Below, in pieces: positions 1 to 11,799 of a stretch of 64,000 nt of DNA. Source of the stretch: Dendrobates tinctorius (taxonomy: Eukaryota); the NCBI RefSeq assembly GCF_039654945.1, contig NW_027361696.1:11904001-11968000 (forward strand). Reading direction: 5' to 3'. A program made the translations under genes and the position numbers. How positions within the stretch are numbered: position 1 is the stretch's first letter; every line of letters starts with the position of its first letter. Under the pieces are notes generated by a model. It was not told where the DNA came from, did not search any database, and saw nothing but the letters and a program-made list of their open reading frames with translations.

Positions 1-1449
1 CAGAGCTTGGAAGGGAAGGAGCACCGTTTGACCTTTCCAATGCAGAATTGGCTGGAATTGAGATCAGACGCCATGTTGCGTTTGGAGAGCACCTGATGTG
101 CCCAAACAGTGGAAAGCCCCCAATTCTAACTCCAACCCTAACCCCAACACACCCCTAACCCTATCCCTATTCTTAGCCCTAACCCTAATGGAAAAATGGA
201 AATAAATACATTTTTTTATTTTATTATTTTTCCCTAACTAAGGGGGTGATAAATGGGGGTTTGATTTACTATTTTTAGCGGGCTTTTATGTTTGGCAGCA
301 GTCATACGCTAAAAGACGCTTTTTATTGTAAAAATAGTTTTTGCATCACCACATTTTGAGAGCTATAATTTTTCCATATTTTGATCCACCGAGTCATGTA
401 ATGTCTTATTTTTTGCGGGACGAGTTGACGTTTTTATTGGTACCATTCTCGGGCACCAGCATTTCATGAATTTCTTTGTGGGGGGGGGGGGGGGACGTTT
501 ACACCATTCCGCAGGTGGTAAAATTGATAAAGAAGTTTTATTCTTCGGGTCAGTACGATTACAGCGATACCTCATTTATGTCATTTTTTTTATGTTTTGC
601 CGCTTTTATGCAATTAAAACAATTTTATGTAAAAAATAATTATTTTTGTATCGCTTTATTCTGCGAGCTATAACTTTTTTTCTTTTTTTCACTGATGACA
701 CTGTGTTGCGGCTCATTTTTTCGGGACAAGATGACGTTTTCAGCGGTACCATGGTTATTTACATCCGTCTTTTTGATTGCGCATTATTGCACTTTTTGTT
801 CGGCGGTATGATAATAAAGCATTGTTTTTTGCTTTGTTTTTTATTTTTATTTTTTAAGGGATTCACTAAAGGGGTTAACTAGTGGGACAGTTTTATAGGG
901 CGGGTCGTTACGGACGCGGCAATACTAAATATGTGTACTTTTATTGTTTTGGGTTTTCTTATTTCTAAAAAATTAATTTATTAGGGAATATTTTTTTTTA
1001 AAACTTATTTAGGGATTTTTTTATAAATTATTTTTACCCTTTTTTTTATAACTTTATTTTATTGTCCCGGGGGGGACATCACTGTCTAGTGTCAGATCGC
1101 TGATCTGACACTTTGCACAGCACTCTGTCAGATAAGCGATCTGACAAGCGCTGCACAGGTTTCCTCCATGCAGGGAAGGAGACCCTCGGACAGCACAGCA
1201 CATCGCGCTGCTTGGGGGGTTTCAGGGAAGCACGGAGGGAGCCCCCTCCCTGCCAATTCTTCCCTAATCCCCTGTTACACTGCGATCATGTTTGATCGCA
1301 GTGTGCCAGGGGTTAACGTGCCGGGGGCGGTCCATGACCACCCATGACACATAGTGCCAGGTGTCAGCTGTGAAAATCATCTGACACCCAGCCGCAATCA
1401 GCAGCGCAGGTCACATGGACGGGATAGTACGTCCGATGGCAGAAAGAGG
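1..1449 (+). mobile_element. Non-autonomous piggyBac-like (TTAA) DNA transposon, right part; same family as 49849-52369
   Basis: Ends ...agaaagagg|TTAA (1450-1453); internal sequence is co-linear with about 50960-52369; interrupts a CR1 RT at the TTAA of ...attaatgac (I-N-D-L). Confidence 0.75.
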
Positions 1450-1453
1450 TTAA

Positions 1454-2491
1454 TGACCTTGTAGGGGGCATTCAGAGTATAATTTCAATGTTTGCAGATG
1501 ACACTAAACTCTGCAGGGTAATCAATACAGAGGAGGACAATTTTATATTACATGAGGATTTATGTAAACTAGAAGCTTGGGCTGATAAATGGCAAATGAG
1601 CTTTAATGGGGATAAATGTAAGGTCATGCACTTTGGTAGAACAAACAAGATGTTTAATTACGTGCTTAATTGTAAAACACTGGGCAAAACTGTCACTGAA
1701 AAAGACCTGGGTGTATGGGTGGACGACAAACTCACATTTAGTGGCCAGTGTCAGGCAGCTGCTGCAAAGGCAAATAAAATAATGGGATCTATTAAAAGAG
1801 GCATAGATGCTCATGAGGAGAACATAATTTTACCTCTATACAAGTCACTAGTGCGACCACACTTAGAAAACTGCGTACAGTTCTGGTCTCCGGTGTATAA
1901 GAAAGACATAGCTGAACTGGAGCGGGTGCAGAGAAGAGCGACCAAGGTTATTAGGGAACTGGGGGGTCTACAATACCCAGACAGGTTATTACACCTGGGG
2001 TTATTTAGTTTGGGAAAAAGAAGGCTTAGGGGTGATCTTATTACAATGTATAAATATATGCAGGGACAGTACAAAGACCTTTCTAATGTTTACTCTTAGA
2101 CCTGTGACGGGGACAAGGGGGCATCCTCTATGTCTGGAGACGCGGATCACAGACACGGATTCTTTACTGTAAGAGCAGTGAGACTATGGAACTCTCTGCC
2201 ATGTGATGTTGTAATGAGTGATTCCCTACTAAAATTTAAGAATGGCTTGGATGCTTTTCTTGAAAAGTATAATATTACAGGTTATATAAACTAGTTTCCT
2301 AGCTAGTCTGATTGCCGTATGTGGAGTCGGGAAGGAATTTTTTTCCCCAATGTGAAGCTTACTGTTTGCTACATGGGGGTTTTTTTTGCCTTCCTCTGGA
2401 TCAACATGTTAGGGCAGGTAAGGATAGGATATGGGTTGAACTAGATGGACTTAAAGTCTTCCTTCAACCTTAATAACTATGTTACTATGTT
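1454..2491 (+). mobile_element. CR1 LINE 3' part (RT C-terminus, 3' UTR and tail)
   Basis: ORF 1488-2099 has [56 protein letters not shown]; ends in an actatgtt tandem tail. Confidence 0.95.
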
Positions 2492-2954
2492 CCTTTTGTT
2501 CTGTAAACGGCACCGCGGGCCCGAAGCCATACGCTACTGAAACCAGACGTCAGATTGGACTGTAAAAATGACTGGTGGTGGCAGCAGCGAGTAGTTGTTT
2601 GATTATTGTGGCGTTAACAGAGACCGTAGTGGTGTATACACATATTCTATGTATTCATAGAAGGTGTATATACCATACGCTCACTGTTAGCTTTTCAATA
2701 ACAGGCCTAGTAGTGGTAACGGCCGCAGCCTCCTCCATTAATCATAGGTCAATTGTGTAATTGTCCGGACTATAGGGAGCAGCAGAGGGCTGTTTGTGAC
2801 AAAAAGATAACCACAGGATAGGTTTAGTGCTACCCCCTGGATGCGATCTTTGACGATTAATCAGTTGTAGCTGTAGGATCTGCGGCATCTCTCCTGTGTC
2901 ATCCTTGACAAAGATGACAATATAGTTTTTTCTTACCTAAAATACAAAGGACAT

Positions 2955-3064
2955 ATGTCATCTGTAACTTTAGGCCTTTTAGAGATCATTTCATCTCAAC
3001 TTGCTTTACTGTTCACAATAACAGGAATTTGGACCAGGGGTGCACAGACTTTTACATGCCACTG
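2955..3064 (+). mobile_element. Tc1/mariner terminal fragment
   Basis: Ends ...caggggtgcacagacttttacatgccactg|TA, a typical Tc1 TIR end. Confidence 0.55.
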
Positions 3065-3294
3065 TAGGCGGTATAGACCTGTGTACAGTCGTGTAGTTCG
3101 ATGTATATTTTGCTGTACATGTACTTTGGGATTAGGGCGGTTTCTGGCTGGATCATGATCCTACGCAGCTATCAATGGTTGCCAGGTATGTGGACGTCCG
3201 CTGTGACTCCAGTGTGGTGCTCTGCAGGTTTTCTGTAAAATTTAGTAAGTGTCGGCTCATTATCACAATGTGCCGTTCCATCCTGTGCCGCCTC

Positions 3295-4420
3295 GCCCTG
3301 TGTCCCCACCATGTTCCACCCTGCTCTGTGCCACCCCACTCTGTGTAACCATGCTCTGAGCCACCCCACCCTGTGTGCCCACCACGTGCTACCCTGCTTG
3401 TATGCCCACCCTGTGCCACCTTGCTCTGAGCCATCCCGCCCTGTGTTCCCACCATGTGCCACCCTGCTCTGGGCCCCCCGCTCTGTGCCACCATGCTCTG
3501 AGCCACCTTACCTTGTATGCCCACCATGGTCCACCCTGCTCTGGGCCATTCTGCCCTCTGTCCCCACCATGTGCCACCCTGCTATGAGCCACCTCGCCCT
3601 GTACAACAATGCTCTGAGCCACATCACCCTGTGTACCCTCCATGTGCCACCCTGCTTGTGGCCCACCATGTGCCACCCTGCTTGTGCGCCCACCATGTGC
3701 CACCTTGCTCTGAGCCATCCCGCCCTGCGTCCCCACCATGTGCCACCCTGCTCTGGACCCCCCGACCTGTACCACCATGCTCTGAGCCACCTTACCCTGT
3801 GTGCCCACCATGGTCCACCCTGCTCTGAGCCACCCCTCCCCGTGTACGCTTCATGTGCCACCCTGCCTGTGTGCCCTCCATGTTCCACCATGCTCTGGGC
3901 CATCCCGCTCTGTGACAAAATGCTCTGATCCACCCCACCCTGTGTGCCCACCATGTGCCACCCTCCTTGTGTGCCCGCCATGTGCCACCTTGCTCTTAGC
4001 CATCCCGCCCTGTGTCCCCACCATGTGCCACCCTGCTCTGAGCCACCCATCCTGTGTGCCTGCCATGTGCCACCCCTCTCTGGGCCACCCCGCACTATGC
4101 CGCCATGCTCTGAGCCACCCTGCCCTGTGTGCCCATGTGCCACCCTGCTCTTAGCCACCCTGCCTGTGTGCTTGCCATGCGCCACCATGCTCTGAGCCAC
4201 CCCACCCTGTGTGCCCACCATGTGCCACCCTGCTCTGAGCCACCCTGCCCTCTGTGCCCGCCATGTGCCACCTTGCTCTGAGCCATCCCGCCCTGTTTCC
4301 CACCATGTGCCACCCTGCTCTGAACTACCATGCTGTGAGCCAACCCGCACTTTGTGCCCACCCTGAACGCCCTGACCAGTGTGCCCACCCTCTGCCTGGT
4401 GCCCCACCGTGTCCACATGA
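3295..4420. repeat. C-rich minisatellite (ccaccatgtgccaccctgctctgagccacc... core) in an HSPG2 intron
   Basis: Degenerate tandem copies of catgtgccaccctg; source of the HHVPPC/GGTWW ORFs. Confidence 0.95.
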
Positions 4421-4596
4421 CACTCATCATCACTTGTTTCTATGACAGGAGGAGAGAGAAGGAGGCGGCAGAGAGAGGGATTTCATCAGCCTGGGGCTGC
4501 GGCGTGGACACCTCGTCTTCAGGTGAGAGGATGCCCGTCTGTGCCGTCTGCATCTCATGTCTTCACGTGGCACTAACCTTCCCTTTCACCCTTCAG

Positions 4597-4680
4597 TTAC
4601 CAGCTGGGCAGCGGCGAGGCCAACATCACCACCGAGGACCCCATCAATGACGGAGAATGGCACAAGATCACAGCCATCCG
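4597..4680 (+). CDS. HSPG2: Perlecan third-last exon (LG3 domain): YQLGSGEANITTEDPINDGEWHKITAIR
   Basis: cccttcag acceptor and cg|gtgagg donor; matches recalled perlecan YQLGSGEARLVSEDPINDGEWHRVTALR; phase 2-2. Confidence 0.95.
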
Positions 4681-4897
4681 GTGAGGGGGGCATCACTGCT
4701 CAGTCCTACGACTCCAGCTCTGAGCGGATGATCTCCATGTGTCCACAGCCCACCAAGCTCATGTCCACAGTGACCCCGTTCACTTAAGGCATTGTTACTG
4801 TCATTTACACAATGAAACATAAAGCACTGTGTGTGAACGGCGGCCTGGGAGTGGTGGGGACATGGTGGCCCCGTTAATAACTGCCTTTTTTTGTCAG

Positions 4898-5001
4898 GGA
4901 GGGAAGGTCTGGCTCCATTTACATCGATGGAGAGGAAGTGATGACTGGACAATCGCCAGGCAAAAATGTCATGGTGGACACGAGGAGCAAGGTCTATGTG
5001 G
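4898..5001 (+). CDS. HSPG2: Perlecan penultimate exon: EGRSGSIYIDGEEVMTGQSPGKNVMVDTRSKVYVG
   Basis: tttttttgtcag acceptor and g|gtaagt donor; phase 2-1 fits both neighbours; laminin-G motif. Confidence 0.95.
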
Positions 5002-5689
5002 GTAAGTCAAACCCTCTGTGATCCCTGAAGGCCGCCGCCATGTCTCCAGTAGGCAGCGGGGGCTGCTCATCTCGGTCCGCTCACCGCTCCACACATTCCT
5101 TTCCTGGTCAATCTTCCTGTAAATGTCAGAATCTTCTCCAGATCCGGAAGACGCTGAACCGTGGACGTGGCTCTTGGCAGCATCCGGAGAGGATGGACGA
5201 ATTTCCAAGAAACGTAGTAATGGGCATAAGCTAACTTACTGATTGGGACAGACCCCTACTGTTAGGGGCCCAGCACCCCCAGAATGTTTCTATGTGCAGG
5301 TTTTTCAGAGTGGACCTGCGCTCTGAGCAGAGAAAGTCTACGGTTAGCCAAGTTCTCTAGCACCGACCGGTACCATTATATGCCCAGGGCTATCACCTCC
5401 CGTAGCTGCAAAGGACTCCCTTATGGCATTTCTCCAGTGAGGGGCCTCAGGCTGAATCCTCTGCCATCTAGGAGATCTCTGTTGTCTCCAGCACACGACC
5501 CGTCGGTGCCTCCGATATTGAATCTATGGAGGACAAGTCCTGATTAGTGACTGCCTTCACAGGGACAATGGGGGGGCTTCTCTTCCCACTTCGGGGTCTC
5601 CAACAATGCGTACTTAATGATATTAGAGAAATATGCTGATTGTGTGGAATTTAGTGCAATGCAGCACTTCACCAAGATGAGCAGACAGT

Positions 5690-5915
5690 GGACCTCCCTG
5701 TATCTGACGAGTGCTTGGCGGGGCCTCGCTGTACCGGACGAATGCTTGGCGGGGCCTCGCTGTACCGGACGAATACTTGGCGGGGCCTCCCTGTACCGAA
5801 CGAGTGCTTGGCGGGGCCTCCCTGTATTGGACGAGTGCTTGGCGGGGCCTCCCTGTATTGGACGAGTGCTTGGCGGGGCCTCCCTGTATTGGACGAGTGC
5901 TTGGCGGGGCCTCCC
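5690..5915. repeat. 31-bp minisatellite, about 7 copies (ggcggggcctccctgtattggacgagtgctt)
   Basis: Direct tandem copies in the last HSPG2 intron. Confidence 0.95.
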
Positions 5916-6015
5916 TGTTGCTGCTGAGCTGGTGCCTGTGTAACATTTTTTACTTGTTCCCGCCGCCCACTTTCCCGTGACACAGTGGCCAATTTCCTGA
6001 CCTATCTTCTTACAG

Positions 6016-6179
6016 GTGGCACCCCCCACGTGAAGCTGACTACAGGAGGAAAGTTCTCCACTGGCATCACTGGATGCATCAAAAACTTGGTCCTGCTAAA
6101 TGCCCAGCCATCGCACCAACCCATCGATCTGAAGCACCAAGCGGAGGCCGCACACAACACCAGAGAGTGCCCGCCCTAG
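6016..6179 (+). CDS. HSPG2: Perlecan terminal coding exon: GGTPHVKLTTGGKFSTGITGCIKNLVLLNAQPSHQPIDLKHQAEAAHNTRECPP*
   Basis: tcttcttacag acceptor; matches recalled perlecan C-terminus GGRFSSGITGCVKNLVL...NTRPCPS; TAG at 6177-6179. Confidence 0.96.
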
Positions 6180-7514
6180 GTGGGGGCTCCAGAGAGCCAA
6201 AACTGGGGCACGCAAGAGACTAGTGAGTAACCCAGACAGGACAGAATCGGAGGAGTCTGAATACACGGTGCTTCTGCTGCTACCAAACCCTGCGGTGCTA
6301 AGGAGACGATTTGGACGGCGCGTCTGTATTACCCATCTCTTCTTTTTAATTATTTTTTTTATTGTCTTCAGATTTCATGTTTTACTCCCAGATGAAGGAA
6401 ATTTCTATGTAATGAACCAGATGTTTGTTTTTTTAAAAAGAATCCCTAACAAAAAAAACTAACCATCCTGATGTGTGACATCTGACACCCCGCTCCCCCG
6501 GTGACGTTCTGACGCCCCGCTTCCCCCGTGATGTCTGACACCCCGCTTCCCTGGTCCACACGGTGCGGGAGTCGCCCGCCTAGAAACACCCCATGTCCAT
6601 CACACATGGCACATATGTGATCTCATCACATGGGCGGCTCATACATCAGGCTGCTTGTATGCCATCTCCTCATAAGGTGGGCTCATCATGTGGCTAAGTC
6701 ATACTGTAGGCTGCTCGTCATATGGTAGGATCATCATGTGGCTTGCTCGTCATATGGTGGACTCGTCAGGTGGCCGACTCGTACTGTGGGCTGCTCGTCA
6801 TGTGGCTTGCTCGTATTGCAGGCGGCTCATCATGTGGCCGTCTCGTCCTTCCAGCTCCCAGAGACCTCTCTGTGTATTTATTGTAGGGCGGGGAGGTCCT
6901 TTATTCTCCGTTCCCTATAGGGTCTCCTCGGGGCTCGTCACTTTATTGGTCACCAGTTCACCAGAAAGGGGCGGGGAGCTCAGGTCCGCAATTTCCAGGT
7001 AAATCTTCATCATTCCTCTCTGCCCATTTTTGGGGGTCTCTATATCTGGGGTTCTGGGCAGGAGACAGTACATTGCCCCAGAACCTTCATCCAGCTGCCC
7101 CCGCCATGACGTGCACAGATGTGCTGGCCCCCTGGAGTGGTAGTGAGTCCTTTTGCCCTGCAGGGTGTGGCGGGCACCAGTACTGTCCCAGCATTGTGTG
7201 ATGGTCCAGTCACCCGGATCCCTGCTCGCTAAATGGAGGCGGTCAGGCATCTCATGTCAACTCCTCGGATCAGTATTCAGCCGCTGTACAGCACATTTCA
7301 GGAGTCCCTTACATGGGTCATAGACATCGTACATCAACCCCTTGGGGTCTAAGCCTGTGTCGTTCCTGCCATCACGAGACCACCAGTTGCGAGCATCAGA
7401 GCAAGCAGACGAGCTGTATAGCTCCTCCATGTGCTGCGGTGCCAATGCTATCGGGGGTCTGTACTGCTCAGGGGGCACAACCCGTCATGTCGTCCTGTTA
7501 CATCACAACTAACC

Positions 7515-7520
7515 AATAAA
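7515..7520 (+). terminator. Probable HSPG2 polyadenylation signal AATAAA
   Basis: First AATAAA I see after the stop (about 1.3 kb 3' UTR), followed by a GU-rich element (gtggcgttgtcgtgtctg). Confidence 0.7.
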
Positions 7521-7604
7521 ACAGATTTTGGAACGTGGCGTTGTCGTGTCTGAGAGCGGCCGTAATCAAAAGGAAAGTCCTGCAACATAAATCAGAAGTG
7601 TGTA

Positions 7605-7720
7605 ATTTTTATTTATTTATTTTACTCACTTATATAGCGTCATTACTTCCACAGCGCTTTACAGACATTATCATCACTGTCCCCATTGGGGCTCACAATC
7701 TACATTCCCTATCAGTATGT
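7605..7720 (-). mobile_element. L2-type LINE 3' tail fragment
   Basis: Minus strand reads gtagattgtgagcccc...tgtaaagcgctgtggaa...gctatataa...aataaataaataaa, like the L2 tails at about 44650-44792 and 59590-59730. Confidence 0.75.
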
Positions 7721-8253
7721 AATGTACAGGAAGCGAATAAATATTGGGCGCGGCGGGTGAGGGTGTCCGGGGCACAGAGGGTGAGGGCGCCCACAGTGGG
7801 TGAAGGGCATCTGGGGTGCGGAGGGTTAGGGCGGCGGGTGATGGTGTCCGGGGCACAGTGGTTGAGGGCGTCCGGGGCGTTTAGGGTGAGGGCAGCAGGT
7901 GAGGGCGTCCACAGTGGGTGAGGTCATCCGGGGCGCGGAGGGTGAGGAAGTCTGGGGCGTGGCCCTCAGCAAGATCGTCCATGATATAGGGAGGAGCATG
8001 AGTGTTGAAGGCACGGTCTACAGCGAGAGCGTCCATGCCAGCTAAATGGTACATTGAGAGCGTCTGGGACATGGCCTGCAGCAAAAGAATCCATGATCCA
8101 GGGTGGAGCAAGAGTCCAAGGCACATTCTGCAGTTACCATCCATAACATGAATTGCAGTCTCTGCACTCTCCAGCCAATCTTCATGTAAATCTGTCCCAC
8201 CACCTTCAGTGTCGTCACGGCCCCTGACCTGCAGTGCACCCCAGAGGTGAGGA

Positions 8254-8504
8254 TCACACCGGCTCCGTCGGTACTGTGTCCTGAGGGGTGACTTTACAGG
8301 GTCGAACGTTGTTCTGTAAGATGCAGCTGCGAGTGCAGAGGTGACAGGAGGCGCAAAACGAGTTGCAGCAGGGGATGAATCTGCAGACGCCGACTCTCCA
8401 GATAAACCAGCCTGGAGACCAGCAACACCAGAACAAGAGAGCGACGCTGACCACGAAGCCCAGGATGACGTACAGGTAGAGGAAGGAGGCATAGGATCTC
8501 CGCT
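8254..8504 (-). CDS. LDLRAD2: LDLRAD2 exon 5 (TM helix and Cys-rich tail): ERRSYASFLYLYVILGFVVSVALLFWCCWSPGWFIWRVGVCRFIPCCNSFCASCHLCTRSC...TEPV*
   Basis: tctatcttgcag acceptor; phase 1 matches upstream exons; about 21 hydrophobic residues then WCCWSPGWF, recalled from non-mammalian LDLRAD2; TGA ends at 8254. Confidence 0.85.
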
Positions 8505-8931
8505 CTGCAAGATAGATGTGTAGGTCAGTGGCTGCAATCATCCCCCAGAAAGCAACGCATAGCAATGGTGGAGAGGCTAACACCGAAAGGGTTCCCTACA
8601 CATGGTCTCATCCACCGGCCTGGTGTGGCACAATGGATGACTTCTCGGGAGCAGGAGATGAGGTCAGATTAAAGGGGGCTCCCAGTCTACAACACAAGGG
8701 TCAAAGAACAACCAAGAGGAATTCTGCATCCAACCGACAGGTGATCGGTGTGTGGATCGCCTGTAGTGTTTGGGGTGTGATGGTTCTTGTAACCCTTGGA
8801 GACGCATGTAGTGTTTAGGATAGAATCCTAGAATGGTAGAGTTGTCAGGAAAATATGAGTTAATTCCTAAAATCCTAGATATCATACAGTGCTCCTGCGG
8901 CCCCACACCCCATTTGGTTTGTGCAGTGTAA

Positions 8932-9123
8932 GGGTATGTTTCCACGTTTAGGATTACATCAGGATTTGCTGCAGATTGGATGCTGCGTACAGCCGCAGCG
9001 TCCAGATGTTACAGCATAGTGGAGGGGATTTTACATGCGGTATCACCTCGCGTAGAAAAGGGGGCGGAGCGGGGTTTCCACAGCGTCCAAAGCGCCGGCA
9101 ATCCTGAACGTGGAAACATACCC
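8932..9123. mobile_element. PIF/Harbinger-type MITE
   Basis: TIR gggtatgtttccacgtt / aacgtggaaacataccc; TAA on both sides. Confidence 0.85.
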
Positions 9124-9723
9124 TAACATTGAGCTCCACAATGCAGCCCCAGCTGCAAGACTTCCCCCCTCCCTCTACACTGTGTAATCCTATCCACTAC
9201 CACCCCCTCGCCACATGGTCCTTTGTTCAAACTCGAATTGTATAACGCACATTTATCCTAGAGACAGGAAACACATATTTTCAGAATCAGTTTAATTTAG
9301 GCTACACCCATCAACGTTTTTGCAACATGTGCACCATCAGAATCCGAGAAAACAGTTTCTGCTCCCCAGTAGCACACAGATGTGTCATGTTTGGTCTCAA
9401 ACGAAAGATAATTTCGTAAGAGAAAATATGATAACCCTGGCGTCACTCTGTGAGCTCCCTGGCCAAAGATATGGCAAGTAGAAGTTTTAATAACTTTTTT
9501 TCTTAAAAAAAGGGGGCGTACATCCTCTAGCTCAGCCCAACTAGTGAGGTCAGCAAGAGAAAAGCATAAACTCCAATGCTTCCTGAGGAAGTTGTCAGAT
9601 GCCTGGAGAATCAGCTACAGTACACCAAGCTGTGCTGAAGGACCCTTTGCCCTGGGTATATTCTCCTCCCCTTTATCAACACATCCTATCTGTGACGGAG
9701 ATAGAGTAAGTTTCTTATTTTAA

Positions 9724-10347
9724 AGGGAACCTGTCACCTATTTTGGCCGCTATAAGATGCGGCCACTGCCTTTCAGGGCTTATCTACAGCATTCTATAAT
9801 ACTGTAGATAAGCTCCCTGTCCGACCTGCAAGGTAAGAAAAATTTAGTTTAATTATACTCACCCAGGGGGGCGGTCCAGACCAATGGGTGTCGCAGGTCC
9901 GGGTCCAGCGCCTCCCATCTTCTTGCGATGCCGCCCTCCTCATCGATCCCTGGCATCACGCTCCTGCGCAGGCGTACTTCTCTGCCCTGTTGAGGGCAGA
10001 GCAAAGTACTGCAGTGCACAAGTGCTGGGAAAGCTCAGAGAGGCCCAGGGCCTGCGCACTGCAGTACTTTACTCTGCCCTCAACAGGGCAGAGAAGTACG
10101 CCTTCACAGCAGCGCCATGCCAGGGAACGATGAAGCAAACAGGAGGGCAGCATCGCAAGAAGATGGGAGGCGCCGGACCTGCGACACCCATCGGCACGGA
10201 CCCCCCCGGGTGAGTATAATAAAAGTTATTTTTCTTATCTTTCAGGTCGGACCGGGGGCTTATCTACATCATTATAGAATGCTGTAGATAAGCCCTGAAA
10301 GCCAGTGGCCGCATCTCATAGCGGCCAAAACAGGTGACAGGTTCCCT
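9724..10347. mobile_element. T2/Kolobok-type fold-back MITE
   Basis: TTAA|agggaacctgtcacc...ggtgacaggttccct|TTAA; nearly the whole 624 bp is an inverted repeat. Confidence 0.92.
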
Positions 10348-10871
10348 TTAATCTGTAACTGTTGTACATACTGTATTTTGTGTCCCTTTGTAATATCTTT
10401 GTATTTTTGTAAACACTGCCTATAATTTTGGAGTAAACATATAAATTTACTAGCTTCGTTCTTTTTGCTCTAAGATTGAACCGACATGTACTCTGTGCCT
10501 AGATACGCTACCTGTGGGTTGGTTCCTGGCCCGATATAAATTTTTATAAGGATCGAGGAACTGGTGGCAGCATAGCACCCCTGGCGGTATTGGAAAACCC
10601 TGGCAGTGAAGGGTCGGAGGTTTCTGTGTGTATTCCCGACCTGGGACTGGTGATATACACGCTGCACTCACTGCAGAGTGCCCAATAACCAGGACGCGAC
10701 AAGGCAGCCTTTCCGGCGACAATTATCCTAGGTGCAGTTCCCTGACTGACCTGAGAGTAAGGGGGGGTGCCGGAGAGCTGCAAGTTTCTAACTGGAGCTG
10801 AAAGCGAAACCAAAAGTTGTGGGTTGTAACCCTGACAAATTGTTTGGCAAATAAATGGAATATTTGTGACA

Positions 10872-11795
10872 GGTAGAGTTGAAAGGGACCTCCAGGGTCA
10901 TCTTGTCCAACCGCCAGTCACTAAACCATCTCACAAAGATGTCTGTCCAGCCTCTTAAGACTTCCATTGAAGGAGAACTCACCACTTCTTGTGGTCGCCT
11001 GTTTCACTCATTGTTCACAATCACTCTCAAAATGTTTTTTCTAATATCTAATCTGTATCTTTTCCTTTCAATTTCATCCCATTGCTTCTCGTGTTTCCAT
11101 GATTATAATAATGATGATCCCTCTACACTGTGACAGCCCTTCAGATACTTGTAGACTGCTATTAAGTCTCCTCTTAGTCTTTTTTGCAGCTGAACACTCC
11201 CAGATCCTTTAACCATTCCTCGTAGGACATACTCTGCAGTCCGCCCACCATCCTGGTCGCTCTTCTCTGTACTTGCTCCAGTTTTTCAATGTCTTTTATA
11301 TAATGTGGTGCCCTGAATTGGACACGGTATCCAGATGAGGCCTGACCAAGGAGGAGTAGAGGGAGATAATTACTTCACGTGATCTAGACTCAATACTTCT
11401 CATATACATCCCAGAACTGAACACAGTGTTCCAGATGAGGCCTGACTAAGGCCACACGCACACATTGAGTACTGTATTTGGTGAGTTTTTTACCACAGTA
11501 TTTGTAAGCCAAAACCAGGAGTGGGTGTAAAATGCAGAAGTGGTGCAAATGTTTCTATTATGCTTTTCCTCTGACCGTTCCACTCCTGGTTTTGGCTTAC
11601 AAATACTGGGGTAAAAAACTCACCAAATACTCAGTGTGTGCCCATGGCCTATGGAGGAAATGAGTGTGATAATTACTTCACGTGATCTAGACTCTATGCT
11701 TCTCATATACATCCCAGAACTGGACACAGTATTCCAGATGAGGTCTGACCAAGGAGGAGTAGAGGGCGATAATTACTTCATGTTATCTAGACTCC
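10872..11795 (-). mobile_element. CR1 LINE 3' fragment (tail tip at about 8817-8842)
   Basis: Minus strand encodes RPHLxYxVQF and LEQVQRRATRMVGGL-like RT remnants; 3' UTR ggttggacaagatgaccctggaggtccc; attctaggattcta tail. Confidence 0.85.
11450..11649. mobile_element. Harbinger-type MITE inside the CR1
   Basis: ggccacacgcacacattgagt / actcagtgtgtgcccatggcc inverted ends; taa/tat flanks; palindromic interior. Confidence 0.75.
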
Positions 11796-11799
11796 GAGA

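Larger units (their letters stand above)
8843..10871 (+). mobile_element. Solo LTR-like insertion (TGTCA...TGACA) containing two nested MITEs
   Basis: Termini tgtcaggaaaatat / atatttgtgaca; flanked by direct repeat ggtagagt (8835-8842, 10872-10879); splits a CR1 3' end. Confidence 0.65.

Noticed and set aside
3153-4445. His/Pro/Cys-rich ORFs resembling keratin-associated proteins
   Set aside because: Translations of a degenerate minisatellite in an HSPG2 intron, with no consistent frame
1-4596. Further upstream HSPG2 exons
   Set aside because: No KDFISLGL-like coding segment seen; region is TE- and repeat-filled intron
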